DNA of 63,907 nucleotides, counting the filler, from Octopus bimaculoides (taxonomy: Eukaryota): NCBI RefSeq assembly GCF_001194135.2. It is 7 parts of 6 records of this genome, joined end to end, with 100 filler letters (N's around TTAATTAATTAA, not from the genome) between each part and the next. Parts side by side here need not be neighbours in the genome. Positions count along the whole stretch, not along the records: positions 23,624 to 29,382 come from NC_068989.1; positions 29,483 to 59,148 come from NC_069001.1; 5 more parts are not named here. One strand, given 5' to 3'. Every line of letters starts with the position of its first letter. The stretch's first letter is position 1. The notes beneath the pieces were generated by a model. It had not been told where the DNA came from, made no database searches, and saw only the letters and a program-made list of their open reading frames with translations. This document shows positions 24,150 through 37,337 of this stretch, piece by piece. A program made the position numbers and the translations under genes.

Positions 24150-24835
24150 CAAAAAACTATCGGCAAATTGCATGCCAGGACTTAATGTATGAAATATATA
24201 CAATATGTTTAAACCTCTTCCTTCAAGACCATTGTGAAAGTAATAAGGTTATCACAGCAGAAGAAGCTTCTGGGAAGGAGAGAGTCTGGGGATGTGCCAA
24301 GCAACTGTTAATAAACAAAACTGTAAGATCAGAGGTGTGGGAACTTGGGAGGAACCTCATTTTAATGTCGCTGGACTACAAGAAAGCCTTTGACTCTGTT
24401 TCTAACTCACAAATGTTAGAAGCCCTTTGACTTGCTAAAGTTCTAGCGAGCATAGTCAAAGCCATAGCTGACCTGACTTCATTGTCACCCACCATTTTGA
24501 AGTTAAATACAAGGAGTGACTGTATTATCACTAATAGAATACAGTATTGTAGAGATATATTCCAAGGGGACAGCCTTTCTGTGATGTTGTTTATACTTTC
24601 TGTAAACCCCTTGTCATTCATGTCAAGGAAGTTTGAAGGATATCTCACTGGTTCACAAGGAAACAGAAATAAAAGAATTACACACTGTTTCTATGTGGAT
24701 AACTTGAAACTATATGCAAAGAATATGCACGAGATGAAAAAGAACCGTAACCTGGTTACAATATCCTCAAAAGATATAAGGTCGGAGTTTGGTCAGGGTA
24801 AATATTGCTATATGGTTATAAAAAGAGGAAAAATA
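24150..24835 (+). pseudogene. R4/Dong-like (RLE-type) non-LTR retrotransposon RT fragment
   Basis: KNYRQIAC...GCAKQLLINK...DYKKAFDSV, IFQGDSLS...NPLS...HCFYVDNLKLYA (ORFs 24185-24430 and 24482-24931). Ends in (ATT)n. Confidence 0.85.
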
Positions 24836-24928
24836 TTATTATTATTATTATTATTCAGGTCACTGCCTGGAATTGAACTCGGAATCTTGGGGTTAGTAGC
24901 CCGCACTCTTAACCACTACACCATATGC
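24834..24928 (-). mobile_element. Body-less tRNA-derived retrocopy/SINE with (TAA)n tail
   Basis: Minus strand GCATATGGTGTAGTGGTTAAGAGTGCGGG-CTACTAA-CCCCAAGATTCCGAGTTCAATTCCAGGCAGTGACCTG+(AAT)n. Confidence 0.7.
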
Positions 24929-24957
24929 TGAACTGCTAAGTTATTGGGACATAAATT

Positions 24958-25155
24958 CTCAACAGCAGTCGTTAAGCAGTAGTAGAGGTAGAAACACACA
25001 CATGTATATTATATATATACGACGGGCTTCTTTCAGTTTCTGTCTACCAAATCCACTCACAAGGCTTTGGTTGGTCTGAAGATATAGTAGACCGCACTTG
25101 CCTAAGGTGCCACGCAGTGGGAGTGAACCTGGAACTGTGTGGTTAGGAAGCAACA
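24958..25155 (-). mobile_element. CORE-like (OR-type) SINE 5' half
   Basis: Reverse complement of the head and gacggaaactgaaagaagcccgtcg segment. Confidence 0.8.
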
Positions 25156-25211
25156 GAGATAAATAGGTAGATATAGATAGATAGATAGATAGATAGATAG
25201 ATGGAGAAAGA

Positions 25212-25716
25212 GGGGTTAATGCAGATTTGCACCTCACCTTGAAAAATGCATTTTTCTGAATAAGTTTATTCGGATTCCTAGGTCTTACATGTCGGAGATT
25301 ATGAATATGCAAAAAAGAAATTTTCAAAATTTTAACCACCCCTTCAACCTGCCACCCTACCCCCAATTTTAAATGTATTGTTTGTATATTAAAGTGTAGA
25401 AATTTCATCAAAGCAGGTATATAACGTGGAAAAAATACAGGGATTTTAACAATACTGACACACCAATTTCTACTGTTTAACCTAAATGATCATAGAAAGT
25501 GCATTTTACATACCTGCTTTAATGAAATTTCCACACTTCGATATACAACAGTACATTTAAAAATGTGTGGGGAGCGATAGGAGGGGGGGGGGGCTTAAAA
25601 TTAAAGAAATTTTTTTTGCATATTTGTAATCTCCAACGTGTAAAACCTAGGAGTCTGAATAAACTTTTTTAGAAAAAGGCATTTTTCAAGGTGAGGTGCA
25701 AATCTGCATTAGCCCC
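25212..25716. mobile_element. 505-bp foldback MITE with long TIRs and probable 8-bp TSD
   Basis: GGGGTTAATGCAGATTTGCACCTCACCTTGAAAAATGC... is inverted as ...GCATTTTTCAAGGTGAGGTGCAAATCTGCATTAGCCCC, with further imperfect pairing inward. Flanks GAGAAAGA (25204-25211) and GATAAAGA (25717-25724) match at 7/8. Confidence 0.85.
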
Positions 25717-25837
25717 GATAAAGATATAGGCATCTCACATACACACATATATACAGTCCAACCCATGCAAGTATGGAAAAGTGGATGGTAAAATAATGAT
25801 GATGATTATGATTATGATGATAATGATATACATATAC

Positions 25838-26175
25838 ATAGGCGCAGGTAAGTAGCTTGCTTACTAACCACATGGTTCCGGGTTCAGTCCCACTGCGTGG
25901 CACCTTGGGCAAGTGTCTTCTACTATGTGTGTTTGTCCCTCCACCATCACTTGACAACCGATGCTGGTGTGTTTACGTCCCAGTAACTTAGTAGTTTGGC
26001 AAAAAGAGANNNNNNNNNNGGTGTGTTTACGTCCCAGTAACTTAGTAGTTTGGCAAAAAGAGACCGATAGAATAAGTACTAGGCTTACAAAGAATAAGTC
26101 CTGGGGTTGATTTTCTTGACTAAAGGCGGTGCTCCAGCATGGCCACAGTCAAATGACTGAAACAAGTAAAAGAGA
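25838..26175 (+). mobile_element. CORE-like (OR-type) SINE with internal deletion and an assembly duplication
   Basis: Head ggcgcagg...ccactgcgtggcaccttgggcaagt is joined directly to the 3' half. A 40-nt segment is duplicated around a 10-N gap. Confidence 0.85.
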
Positions 26176-28170
26176 GTATACACACACATACACTCATATG
26201 TGTGTGTATAGGTATATGCATGTATGTGGTTGTGTGTATATATGTGTATGTGTGCCTGCATGTATGTGTGAGATGTTTATCTCTAATTTCTCAGCTCTAA
26301 ATGTTTCTGAAATTGTTTGAGAAAACTGTTTATCAACCACATAAACTGGATGTAACAGAGTTATCTACCCTACCTTATTCTGAACTTCATGACGCTGTAA
26401 TTATTGTAAGCAGTCTTGAATTCACGCACGCGCGCGCGCAATTTCATGGTTATATGGTCAGTTAACTCTAAACCATAAACTATTGTAGAAATATTAAAAA
26501 TTTATTAAAAAAAAAAAACAGGAAAAATGCAAGAAACACGAATGAATGATATGCGTTCAATTTCGTTATGTCTTGAAGTGAAAAATATCTGATGGATGGC
26601 AGAAATAGTAGCTAAAATGTCCATCAATATTTAATTATGTCTTTTTGGTTCCAGGTTCTAACCCACTCAAACTCACCTTAGCCTATAATCCTTCTGGGGT
26701 TGATAAAATAAGTGCTTATTCTACTACTGGAATCATCCAGCTATATACTCCTTCCTCCCTCAAGTTTATGGCCGTTTGTCAATTTATAAATCGCTACTGC
26801 AAAAATAAAACAAGCATAAATATACACACCGAGAAACACGATAGATAGATAGATAGATAGATAGATAAATACATGCGTACATCATTCATTCATTCATGCA
26901 TACATACACAAACGCCAACTCAGAAAGTTATGTGCATGTGTACACGTATGATAATTGGTATACACGAAACTCTCTCTGCCCCTGAGTTACCATAGCTTCT
27001 GACGATTAAAAGTAATTGTAGCGCAGCCACATATCTCTCTATCTATCTATCTATCTATCTATGTGTATGTATATAATATATACAATACATACATACACGC
27101 GCGCACACACACACACACGCACCCACACACACGTTCTCTGTACAAATGTCTTCGAAGAGAAAGCTAGTATACCTTAAAACATTTCCACAACTCACAGTGG
27201 AAACAGCTGTTTATTTTGATGTTGCATATTGATTTTCACAATGAATTATATCAAATTTCTCTCATCGCATACACACGGCCTTCCCACACTATTTCAGTCA
27301 ATTGAATCCACCCTGCCTCTCTATTGCACTCTGTAAAACTTAAAAATTATATAAAACCTTTCCAGGGCAAACTAGAATCTTAAATTGGTGTTTTGTATCG
27401 TTTTGCTTTCAGTTCACGGTAAAAATCAATCCCAAAATATTCAATTTGTAACACTGACCGCTTCCCTATTACAATAAAACTTATTTTAAATTCCTTAAAG
27501 CATTGGTCCAAGGTGATGTACGTTAGGCTCCTAGATTGATATTTAATACTGTTTTGCTTTCATTCTACTGTAAAAAAATTTTAAAAATGGATCTAAAAGT
27601 ATTCAATTTATACACTGCCTTTCTTTAACAAAGTAAAATTTATTCCGAGTCATATGAGACATCGGACCCAGTCGTAAAGTGGTGTTTTATATATATATTT
27701 TCAGTTCACAAACGAAAAAAAGAAAAATAAAGACATCTACAAACTGAGGAAAATTTCCAAATCAATAGAGTTTTCGATTAACGAATCATATTTTTCTTTT
27801 TAATTTGTTCAAACAGATAGATATTTTCATTTTCGTAAAGTAGAACAGAATATTTACAATTTTGATTTTAATACAGCTGATCCTTATTGTATTTTTTTCC
27901 GTGAGAGGTGAAGCTCTTAATATGATACAGAACAGGTTCTCTTCCTAAATCTTATTCATGTTATTTTCTGAGGCAGCGAAAGAAAGGAAAAAAAACCCAA
28001 ACATGTGTTTTGAGAGAATTACAGTTTCAAAGACGATATCTTCCCATTGATTTCGGCGAAAATAAATAAAAGTTTAAAGAGAAAGTGAAGCCAAAAACAA
28101 CGTCAACAATCGCTTTCACTAGTGACGCTGCGGTAACTGTGGAGAAGCTTCCACATGTATCAACGTTTGT

Positions 28171-28262
28171 CATTGGTTGAAATGTTAGCGGTGTTTAATT
28201 TCGCGGTTTTCATTGGTCCAGAATCATGTGCTTGCTTATCATTGGCTTAGTTAATTTAACTA
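28171..28262 (+). promoter_or_regulatory. Triple reverse CCAAT (NF-Y-type) promoter candidate
   Basis: CATTGG at 28171, 28211 and 28240 in repeat-free, CpG-retaining DNA, followed by palindromic TTAGTTAATTTAACTAA. Confidence 0.55.
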
Positions 28263-28338
28263 AGAAACAAGTCAACATTGTTCGAATATTGCTAAGTACT
28301 TGAAACCCGTCTTGTTTTTGCTTTATTATTCGCCGTCG

Positions 28339-28414
28339 ATGGAGAAAATTATTTACGTTGAGAAAAAACTGAAATCGTTGAAGTCTTCACTTGATCTGAT
28401 TGGAAACGCACTTG
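28339..28414 (+). CDS. Candidate first exon coding part (MEKIIYVEKKLKSLKSSLDLIGNAL, phase-1 donor); may be 5'UTR or uORF
   Basis: GTCGATGG Kozak-like start at 28339 and consensus donor G|GTGAGT at 28414/28415, downstream of the CCAAT trio. No homology recognised and no downstream exon found. Confidence 0.3.
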
Positions 28415-29482
28415 GTGAGTGTTCTTTCTTTCTCTCTCTTTCTCTGTCTGTGTGTATGTGTGCACGCACATTTTACTCTGTGTGAAAATCAATTGCAAAT
28501 ACATAAATTGAAGGTATGCATAGAAAGAAAGTGATAACCGGCTTCAGATAAAATGATATTAGGGCTATCTTAAATGTTTCAAATGCAAATTTTGTTGCAG
28601 TAAAAAGGAAAAGCGCTTTCTTCGTTCATCAATTAAAAAAAAAAAAAAAATTATAAATAGAGTACGCGTGGTGAATTCACATTGCATTCACAGCGAGCTG
28701 ACGTTTAGCTATTTCATGCCACCGACGAGAATCCTTATCATGTCAAACTCTGCATCACTTTACAAAACCACGCGCTTCTCGCAGACAAAGAAGAAAAGGA
28801 AGAAAATTCTTAGCCTTACAACAAGTGTTCTTTTTTCTTTCCTTCTCTTTCTCTCTCTCTCTTGCTATCTTTTTCTTTTCTAACAAATATACAAGATCAT
28901 TTGAATATATTTCTGCTAGCATCTTCGAAGTTAATCACAATACACGCCGCTTGTGTGAGTATGTGTGTGTGTGTGAGTACATGCATTCCCCCAAAAGCTA
29001 TTATATTCCTCAATATAAGGTTATAATAAAAATATTAATATAAGTTTTTGTGATAATCGGTCGATCGCCTCTTAGTACTCTTTCAAAACAAGCTTACATG
29101 CACACATACACTCATACACACACACACATATATACTACATATATATAAGATGTACATATTACACATATAATATATATTACATATATATATGTATATATAT
29201 ATATATATGCATATATATTATATGTATATGTACGTATATGTGTATATATATGTATGTATATGTATATATACGTATATGTGTATATATATGTATGTATATG
29301 TATATGCATATATATATTGTATATATATATATATGTATATATATGTATATATATATGTATATATATATATGTGTATATATATNNNNNNNNNNNNNNNNNN
29401 NNNNNNNNNNNNNNNNNNNNNNNNNNTTAATTAATTAANNNNNNNNNNNNNNNNNNNNNNNNNNNNNNNNNNNNNNNNNNNN

Positions 29483-29534
<52 letters not shown>

Positions 29535-30659
29535 TTATATACACTTGCTGTATATATATATATATATATGCTTGTATACATTTCTATGCAGGTTTATATA
29601 CATATGAATATATGACATGAACTATATATACATACAAGTTTATATGACATGAACTATACAAACACACACATTTATGGATATACGTTTAAACTTTTGTATG
29701 TATGGGTGAGTGTGTATGTGTGTCTATATAACACACACTCACGTGTTTGTGTGCACATATATATATATATATATCCATACACACACATATGAGTTTGTGT
29801 GCATTTATATATATATATATATAGATAGATAGATATAGATATATATATACACAAACGCATACGTGTCATAAGGGTGTAACTATGACACATACATTTATAA
29901 AGAAATCCACTCACACACACACACAGACAATTGCACTTACACACACTCCCACACATTCACATACTAACCGAAATGTCAGGTCAGAGCAGCAGAGAGAGTA
30001 ATAAAAAAAAAAATTAAAAACATTAAAAAAAAAAAAAATGCTATTCCTGATGGCTGTTAACTTCTTATCTTGGAAATCTAGCAACTTTGTAACTAACTCC
30101 GAGAGGAAAAAATTTTGATAAAATTCCAACTCGCAGAGTGTGTCAACTTAAACATTCATAGATTATCTTAAGTCTTTGATTGGAAAGGAAGATTGTTTAC
30201 AGCCTAGATGCTGATGCTGAAAACTGAAAGATCTCTTTCTATACATCAACACTCACAGACAACGTAGCGAATATCAAAACTTAAGATCACATATCTGCAC
30301 CTCAAGTGTCAATGATGTAATGAAATAAAGTCACTGGAAGCTAACTCGGAAGAACAGAAAACATAATTCATATTAAGAGGTGCAAGATAATTCTTCTCCT
30401 CGCTCTTTGGGAGGAAGTGCTCACGTATTTCTTGACAAACTTAATTTCTATTTTCTTGCAAATTTTTAAATAATTTTTTTTCGTAGCTTTTCAGGTGGGT
30501 GTTTTTGTAGTTTTTTTTTTTTAATTCTCCTCCCACCCCACCCCATTCTGGTTTTCTTATCTCATCACCAATTTCCAGTTCAAAACCTGCCACCCCTACT
30601 CTCTCTCTCTCTTCTGAAATGTGAGGGATTATGCAGCTCCTTCTTCACCAAAACAACCT

Positions 30660-30790
30660 TCTCATCATGCCAAATCCGCTCACAAGACTTTGGTCAGCCC
30701 AGGACTACTGTAGAAAACACTCGCGCAAGATAACATGCAGTGGGACTGAACCCAGATCCATGAGGATAGGAAGGAAACTCTTTACCACAT
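30660..30790 (-). mobile_element. CORE-like (OR-type) SINE head; further heads at about 33265-33390, 34715-34880, 49296-49423, 55945-56065 (-) and 35672-35723 (+)
   Basis: Shared ctcacaaggctttggt..gccc.gggcta..gtagaagacac..gcccaaggtgcc..gcagtgggactgaacc string. Confidence 0.8.
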
Positions 30791-32911
30791 ACACACACAC
30801 ACATATATATAGGCATGTTGTTACAAACTGTAAAAATAGAACTCAAAATATGAGTAATATTTAGCAGAAGCAACAGAGTGATTCAAGATCCCAGTGTTTC
30901 GTGTGTTGGCACCTATCAAGCTAGTTACAGGTCAAAGGCCTTCGACCTGTGACGAGTTTGATAAGTGCCAATGCACAAAACTTTCGCACCTTGAGTCACT
31001 CTGGTCCTTCTGCTAAATATTATCATCATCATCATTTAGCGTCCATTGTCCATGCTGGCATGGGTTGGACAGCCTGTACAAGGCTGGCCAGATGGGAAGC
31101 TGCACCACACTGCAGTCTGATTCGGCAGGGTTTCTACAGCTGGATGCCCTTCCTAACACCAACCACTCAGAGAGTGTAATGGGTGCTTTTCACGTGCCAC
31201 TGGCATGAGTGCCATTTGCATGGCACAGTTTTACTTGGCTTGATGGGCCTTCTTCTCAAGCACGGCACAATGCCAAAGGTCTCAGTTGTTTGTCATTGCC
31301 TCCATGAGGCCCAAAACTCTTCAGGTGCTTTTTACATGCCACTGGCATTGGCCACCTTGCCTCCATGAGACCCAATGCTCGAAAAGTGCTTTTTATATGC
31401 CACTGGCACAGGTGTCAGTTGTATGATACTACCATCAGACACAACGATGATTTTACTTGGCTTGATGGGTCTTCTCAAGCACGGCATATAATAAAAATAA
31501 ATATACATATATTTATATTTGAAGTAAAAGCGGCTTTAGTATAATAAATATTGTCAAATACATATACTAATGCATATGCTCTTTGTATTTTCTGATAGCT
31601 GCAATGATGTAGCAGCGTATATAACTCTCATGTTGACAGAGTTAAAACACCTTAGGGTCATGGACAGGTGAGATAACTCACCCTTAATCCCATTTGAAAG
31701 TGATGGACATCAATGTTTTGCCATTTTTGTGGCTTGTCAACATCACACACACCCACTTGAGTTGAAGATGAATCACCTCTAATATATATATATATATANN
31801 NNNNNNNNNNNNNNNNNNNNNNNNNNNNNNNNNNNNNNNNNNNNNNNNNNNNNNNNNNNNNNNNNNNNNNNNNNNNNNNNNNNNNNNNNNNNNNNNNNNN
31901 NNNNNNNNNNNNNNNNNNNNNNNNNNNNNNNNNNNNNNNNNNNNNNNNNNNNNNNNNNNNNNNNNNNNNNNNNNNNNNNNNNNNNNNNNNNNNNNNNNNN
32001 NNNNNNNNNNNNNNNNNNNNNNNNNNNNNNNNNNNNNNNNNNNNNNNNNNNNNNNNNNNNNNNNNNNNNNNNNNNNNNNNNNNNNNNNNNNNNNNNNNNN
32101 NNNNNNNNNNNNNNNNNNNNNNNNNNNNNNNNNNNNNNNNNNNNNNNNNNNNNNNNNNNNNNNNNNNNNNNNNNNNNNNNNNNNNNNNNNNNNNNNNNNN
32201 NNNNNNNNNNNNNNNNNNNNNNNNNNNNNNNNNNNNNNNNNNNNNNNNNNNNNNNNNNNNNNNNTATTGGAAAATTGTGATTATTATTATTATCATTGTT
32301 ATATTGGAAAGGTGTTTTCTTGTTCTATTCTTCATTTTCTATTTTTACGTTTGTTTGTGTTTTTTAGGTGGGGGGGTGTTCTTTAACTAATGAATTTTAG
32401 GAAAATTTTAGATATTTTAACATTGTACAACATTGAGATGAGAAAAAAGTAAAAAAAAAGTACAGGATGCTATTTTGATGGGAGAAAAAGAAAAAAAAGT
32501 GAAATGAATTTAAAATTTCCAAGCAATAAATTACTATACACGTTAGACAAAATTTTTAGAGATTAAAAATTCTTATGTTACAAATCAATTTCCACACACC
32601 AGTGATGGAGTCTTTTCTATGATGTTTCCTTAATGCGTTAGAAATGGCAACAAAATCTCTCTTAAATCACACCCTATGTCATCGTCACCATTTTAATATT
32701 CACGTCTTTGTGCTTACAGGGACCAGATAGAATCCATTGAGGTAGGTTTTCTGTGATTGGATGCTCTTTCTATCACCAACCCTTACCTGCTTACAAGCAA
32801 GATAACATTTCCTCTTGGTCAGACATGCTGCTTCACAGAAGACTGGAAATGAATAACATCACTTGTATGATGATGTATAAACACACACACTCACACAAAT
32901 GCATAGACATA

Positions 32912-33250
32912 CAGTAAGTACTCGTGGATAGGTCACATGTTTTTTTTAACAAAAATTTTGATAAAAATCAAGGGTGTGATCTATCCAGTCAACATCACAG
33001 GGATCTGAAGTATACGGTAACGTATCAGTAGTCAAGCTGATTTATCAATTAGGCTACTTTCATAAAGTCACTTCCATAAAAAATGGTGAATATTTGATAT
33101 TTAACAAATGTTTGTTATATTTACATTTAAAAGGGACCTGTAACTCCCCAGGTTGTAATGTGACCTATTTGTGAGTCAACCATAAATACCTGCTTTGACA
33201 ACCCAAAACTGAGGGTGCGACCTATCCGTGGCCTATCCATGAGTATATGG
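32912..33250. mobile_element. pogo/Tc2-like MITE remnant
   Basis: Left TA|CAGTAAGTACTCGTGGATAGGTC, right GGCCTATCCATGAGTATATGG, and internal repeated GGGTGYGAYCTATCC motifs. Confidence 0.55.
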
Positions 33251-33780
33251 CCTTTTTTCAGCTCCCGTCAATGAAATCCACTCACAAGGCTTTGGTTGGC
33301 CCAGGGCTGTTGTAGAAGGTACTTTCCCAATGTACCACGCAGTTGGACTGAACCCAAGACCACAAGCTTCTCAACCACACAGCCATGCTTGGACCTAGCA
33401 TCTTAAAAGAAAACACAGGTCATGTGGTTTTCGATTGGACCCAAATACGAGGGGATGGTCATGGCAGTCATGACAGACTCAGGTCTAAACAACATCTTGT
33501 GCTACACTTGGTTTGCAGAGGTGTGTGGTTTAGTGGTTTGGGTGTTGGACTCATGATCGTAAGATTGTGGTTTCGATTTCTGGACCAGGTGATCCAATGC
33601 ATTCTTGAGAAAGTCACTTCATATCACATTGCTCCAGTCCACGCGGCTGTAAATGTTTCTAAGTAAGGGAATATTTCTCTATAATTAAACATGTTTACAC
33701 AGAAAATTGGAAACAAATGACACCACTAGTGTGACAGTAGAATTTGTCTACAATTATCACACAATATCAAAGCAAGGAGG

Positions 33781-33833
<53 letters not shown>

Positions 33834-34514
33834 CATCATCATCATCATCATTATCATCATCATTTAATGTCCATTTTCCATGTTGGCATGGGCTGGATGG
33901 TTTGACCAGGGCTGGCAAGCTAGAAGGCTGCACCAGACTCCAGTCTGATTTAGCATAGTTTCCACAGCTGGATGCCCTTCCTAACACCAACCACACCGAG
34001 AGTGTAATAGGTGCTTTTATGTGCCACCGCCAAGGGTGCCATTTGCGTGACACCAGTATCTTCCACNNNNNNNNNNNNNNNNNNNNNNNNNNNNNNNNNN
34101 NNNNNNNNNNNNNNNNNNNNNNNNNNNNNNNNNNNNNNNNNNNNNNNNNNNNNNNNNNNNNNNNNNNNNNNNNNNNNNNNNNNNNNNNNNNNNNNNNNNN
34201 NNNNNNNNNNNNNNNNNNNNNNNNNNNNNNNNNNNCTTTTATGTGCCACCGCCAAGGGTGCCATTTGCGTGACACCAGTATCTTCCACAACTGTGATTTT
34301 GCTTGGCTTGATGGGTCTTCTTCTCAAGCAAAACATAATACCAAAGGTCTCAGTCATTGCCTCCTTGAGGCCCAACACTCGAAGGTGCTTTTACATGCCA
34401 TGAGCACAGAGGTCTCAGTCATTGTCTCTGTGAGGCCCAACACTCGGAAGGATTTCAGCCACTTTGCCTGCAGGGGCCAGTTATGTGACACCAGCATCAG
34501 CCACGACTGCGATG

Positions 34515-34700
34515 TGTGTGTGTATTCGTTTATTCTTTGTGGAAATTTATAGAAAAACAAAAGACGAAGAAAGGTGTATGAACAACAAACAAGTGTATCA
34601 GTTTGGCACTCAGGAAAATGAAAAATCTTTTTCGTTTCAAGCCTAAGCTTTTCAACAGAAAGAATAAGAGGAAATAAACAGAGAGACAATGAAAAACAAC
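34515..34700 (-). mobile_element. PLE-type terminal repeat fragment with decayed hammerhead motif
   Basis: Minus strand TCTTT-CTGTTGA-A-AAGC-TTAG-GCTT-GAAA-CG-AA-AAAGA (34626-34663). Confidence 0.5.
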
Positions 34701-35381
34701 TTGTAGATGTCAGCAGTCCGTATACACATACGATGGGCTTCTTTCAGTTTCTGTCTACAAAATCCACTCACAAGGCTCTGGTTGAGCAAGAACTATAGCA
34801 AAAGACACTTTCCCAGTTCAGCGGAACTGAACTTCAGACCATGTGGCAGAGAAGCAAACTTCTTACCGAAAAGCCAAGCATCTTTCCCAAAAGGGTTAGT
34901 TTGCACTGTAACATCAAATAAAAATGGCAAACTCTTAGAACTGGAAACTGAACCATAGGAACTCAATGACACACTCCCAGCACTCAGTCACACACACACA
35001 CACACACACACACACAAGGCTTTCTTTGTGTGTATGTGTGTGTATGTCTTATCTAATTTACATTACAAAGTTTTAAAAGAAAATTAAGAAGCTACATTAA
35101 AGAGCACCAAGAACCATCCATAAAAGTTAGTTACTCATAAATAGGCAGGAAAATTTGCTTTTAATGATGATATCTAGACAAAATTAAAATGTACAAACAA
35201 ATAAATAAATCAAATGAAAATAAAGATAAATAAATAAATAAATGAACAAACTACTACAGAGGAAAAAAAAATAAAGAAAAACGGATGGGTAGATGAAGGG
35301 AGGTAACTTAAGTGCTGACCAAGGATTTTATGTTTCAGAAGTAGTCTATAGTAAAAAAAATTTGTTTAAAGTAATTATATA

Positions 35382-35423
<42 letters not shown>

Positions 35424-36872
35424 GTTTCACAAAAAGAAACTACTTTCACAAATATATTATACAGAATCATTTAGTAGAGGGCGGTGAAAGTGAGTAATGG
35501 GGGGGGGGAAGAAAGAATAAATTAATGAAGAGGTGTCACAGGTAGGAGCTGAAACAAGGGAAGATATGAGAGGAAAGGAGGGGAGAAAAAAGTGGGGTGG
35601 TTGTACATTAAATTATATTGTAAAAGAACAGGGTGGCTAAGACTGGGATGGGCACAATATTACATATATATATATGGTCCCGGGTTCAGTCCCACTGCAT
35701 GGCATCTTGGGCAAGTGCCTTCTNNNNNNNNNNNNNNNNNNNNNNNNNNNNNNNNNNNNNNNNNNNNNNNNNNNNNNNNNNNNNNNNNNNNNNNNNNNNN
35801 NNNNNNNNNNNNNNNNNNNNNNNNNNNNNNNNNNNNNNNNNNNNNNNNNNNNNNNNNNNNNNNNNNNNNNNNNNNNNNNNNNNNNNNNNNNNNNNNNNNN
35901 NNNNNNNNNNNNNNNNNNNNNNNNNNNNNNNNNNNNNNNNNNNNNNNNNNNNNNNNNNNNNNNNNNNNNNNNNNNNNNNNNNNNNNNNNNNNNNNNNNNN
36001 NNNNNNNNNNNNNNNNNNNNNNNNNNNNNNNNNNNNNNNNNNNNNNNNNNNNNNNNNNNNNNNNNNNNNNNNTATATATGATATATATGTTATATACATA
36101 TATATATATTATACGTACATATTAAATTCATCTATTATTATATATACATACACACACACATATATATCATATATACATATATTATACATATACATACATT
36201 TCATATACATACATTATACACACACACATATCTCATTCATACATACATTACACACACACACACACACACGCACACACATATATATATATACACACATACA
36301 TATATTTATAAATACATATATCTATGTGTGGATATATGTATATATAGACCCATACAAATACACAAATATACACACACGTACACATAAATATCTTTACTTA
36401 GAGTTGAGTTTTTGCTTTGGATTTTTCTCTTTTTTTTGGCATTTTTTTCTTCAATACTGAATTGTATTTTTATTTTTCCCCTCTTCCTTCCTTCCTCACT
36501 TCCTCTCCATTCTAGAGACTAAAACTTAAAAGACAACCAACTAAACTAAAAGTTATTTCGATGATTTATCCTTTTCACAGATAAATTTACTTCATTGTTG
36601 CTGTTGTTGTTGCTACTGTTGTTGTTTTGAAACTTTAGTTTGCATATTTTATTTATAGTATGTCTTGCTTATTTTAATTGATTTTTCTGTATTTTTTTTT
36701 TTAACATTCTCTCTGCCTCTTCCTCACACACACACACACCGATTTTACAGTCAGGATTATTTTTCATTTGATTTCATTCTGTTTTATTTTCTTCTCATTC
36801 AAAGATGTTTAAATAAGGAAGAAAATGCATAAATTACTGGTGCAATAAGCAGCATCAATAGTTAATTTGTCG

Positions 36873-36911
<39 letters not shown>

Positions 36912-37087
36912 TATACATGCATATATAAACATATATATATATGTATGTGTGTCTGTGTGTGTACATGTGTGTGCGTCAGTGTGCCTCTGATGAGTGTGTG
37001 CGTATGTGTGTGCATGCATCTGTATAAATATATACATGCATATACATATGCAAATATACATACATTTATATATACTTATATCAGTAA

Positions 37088-37118
<31 letters not shown>

Positions 37119-37293
37119 CACGTGCGTGCCTAGCTACCTATGTGTGTGTGCACAAGCGCATCTGTGATACATGCAACATATAGACGCATACACATATGCA
37201 CACGTGCACACACACATATATGCGCAAGCATAAAGACACACATCTAACTCTTAATATGTGGGTGATTGTGTGTCTCATCTGTATGAACATGCA

Positions 37294-37337
<44 letters not shown>

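Noticed and set aside
24855-24928. Functional tRNA-Ser(ACT) gene
   Set aside because: Acceptor and T stems do not pair properly, and it has a retroposition-type tail.
32700-32722. Candidate 22-nt exon (cttacag|...|gtaggt) for the 28.3-kb gene
   Set aside because: Lies within a degraded RTE-type repeat that recurs at about 42590 and 44230.
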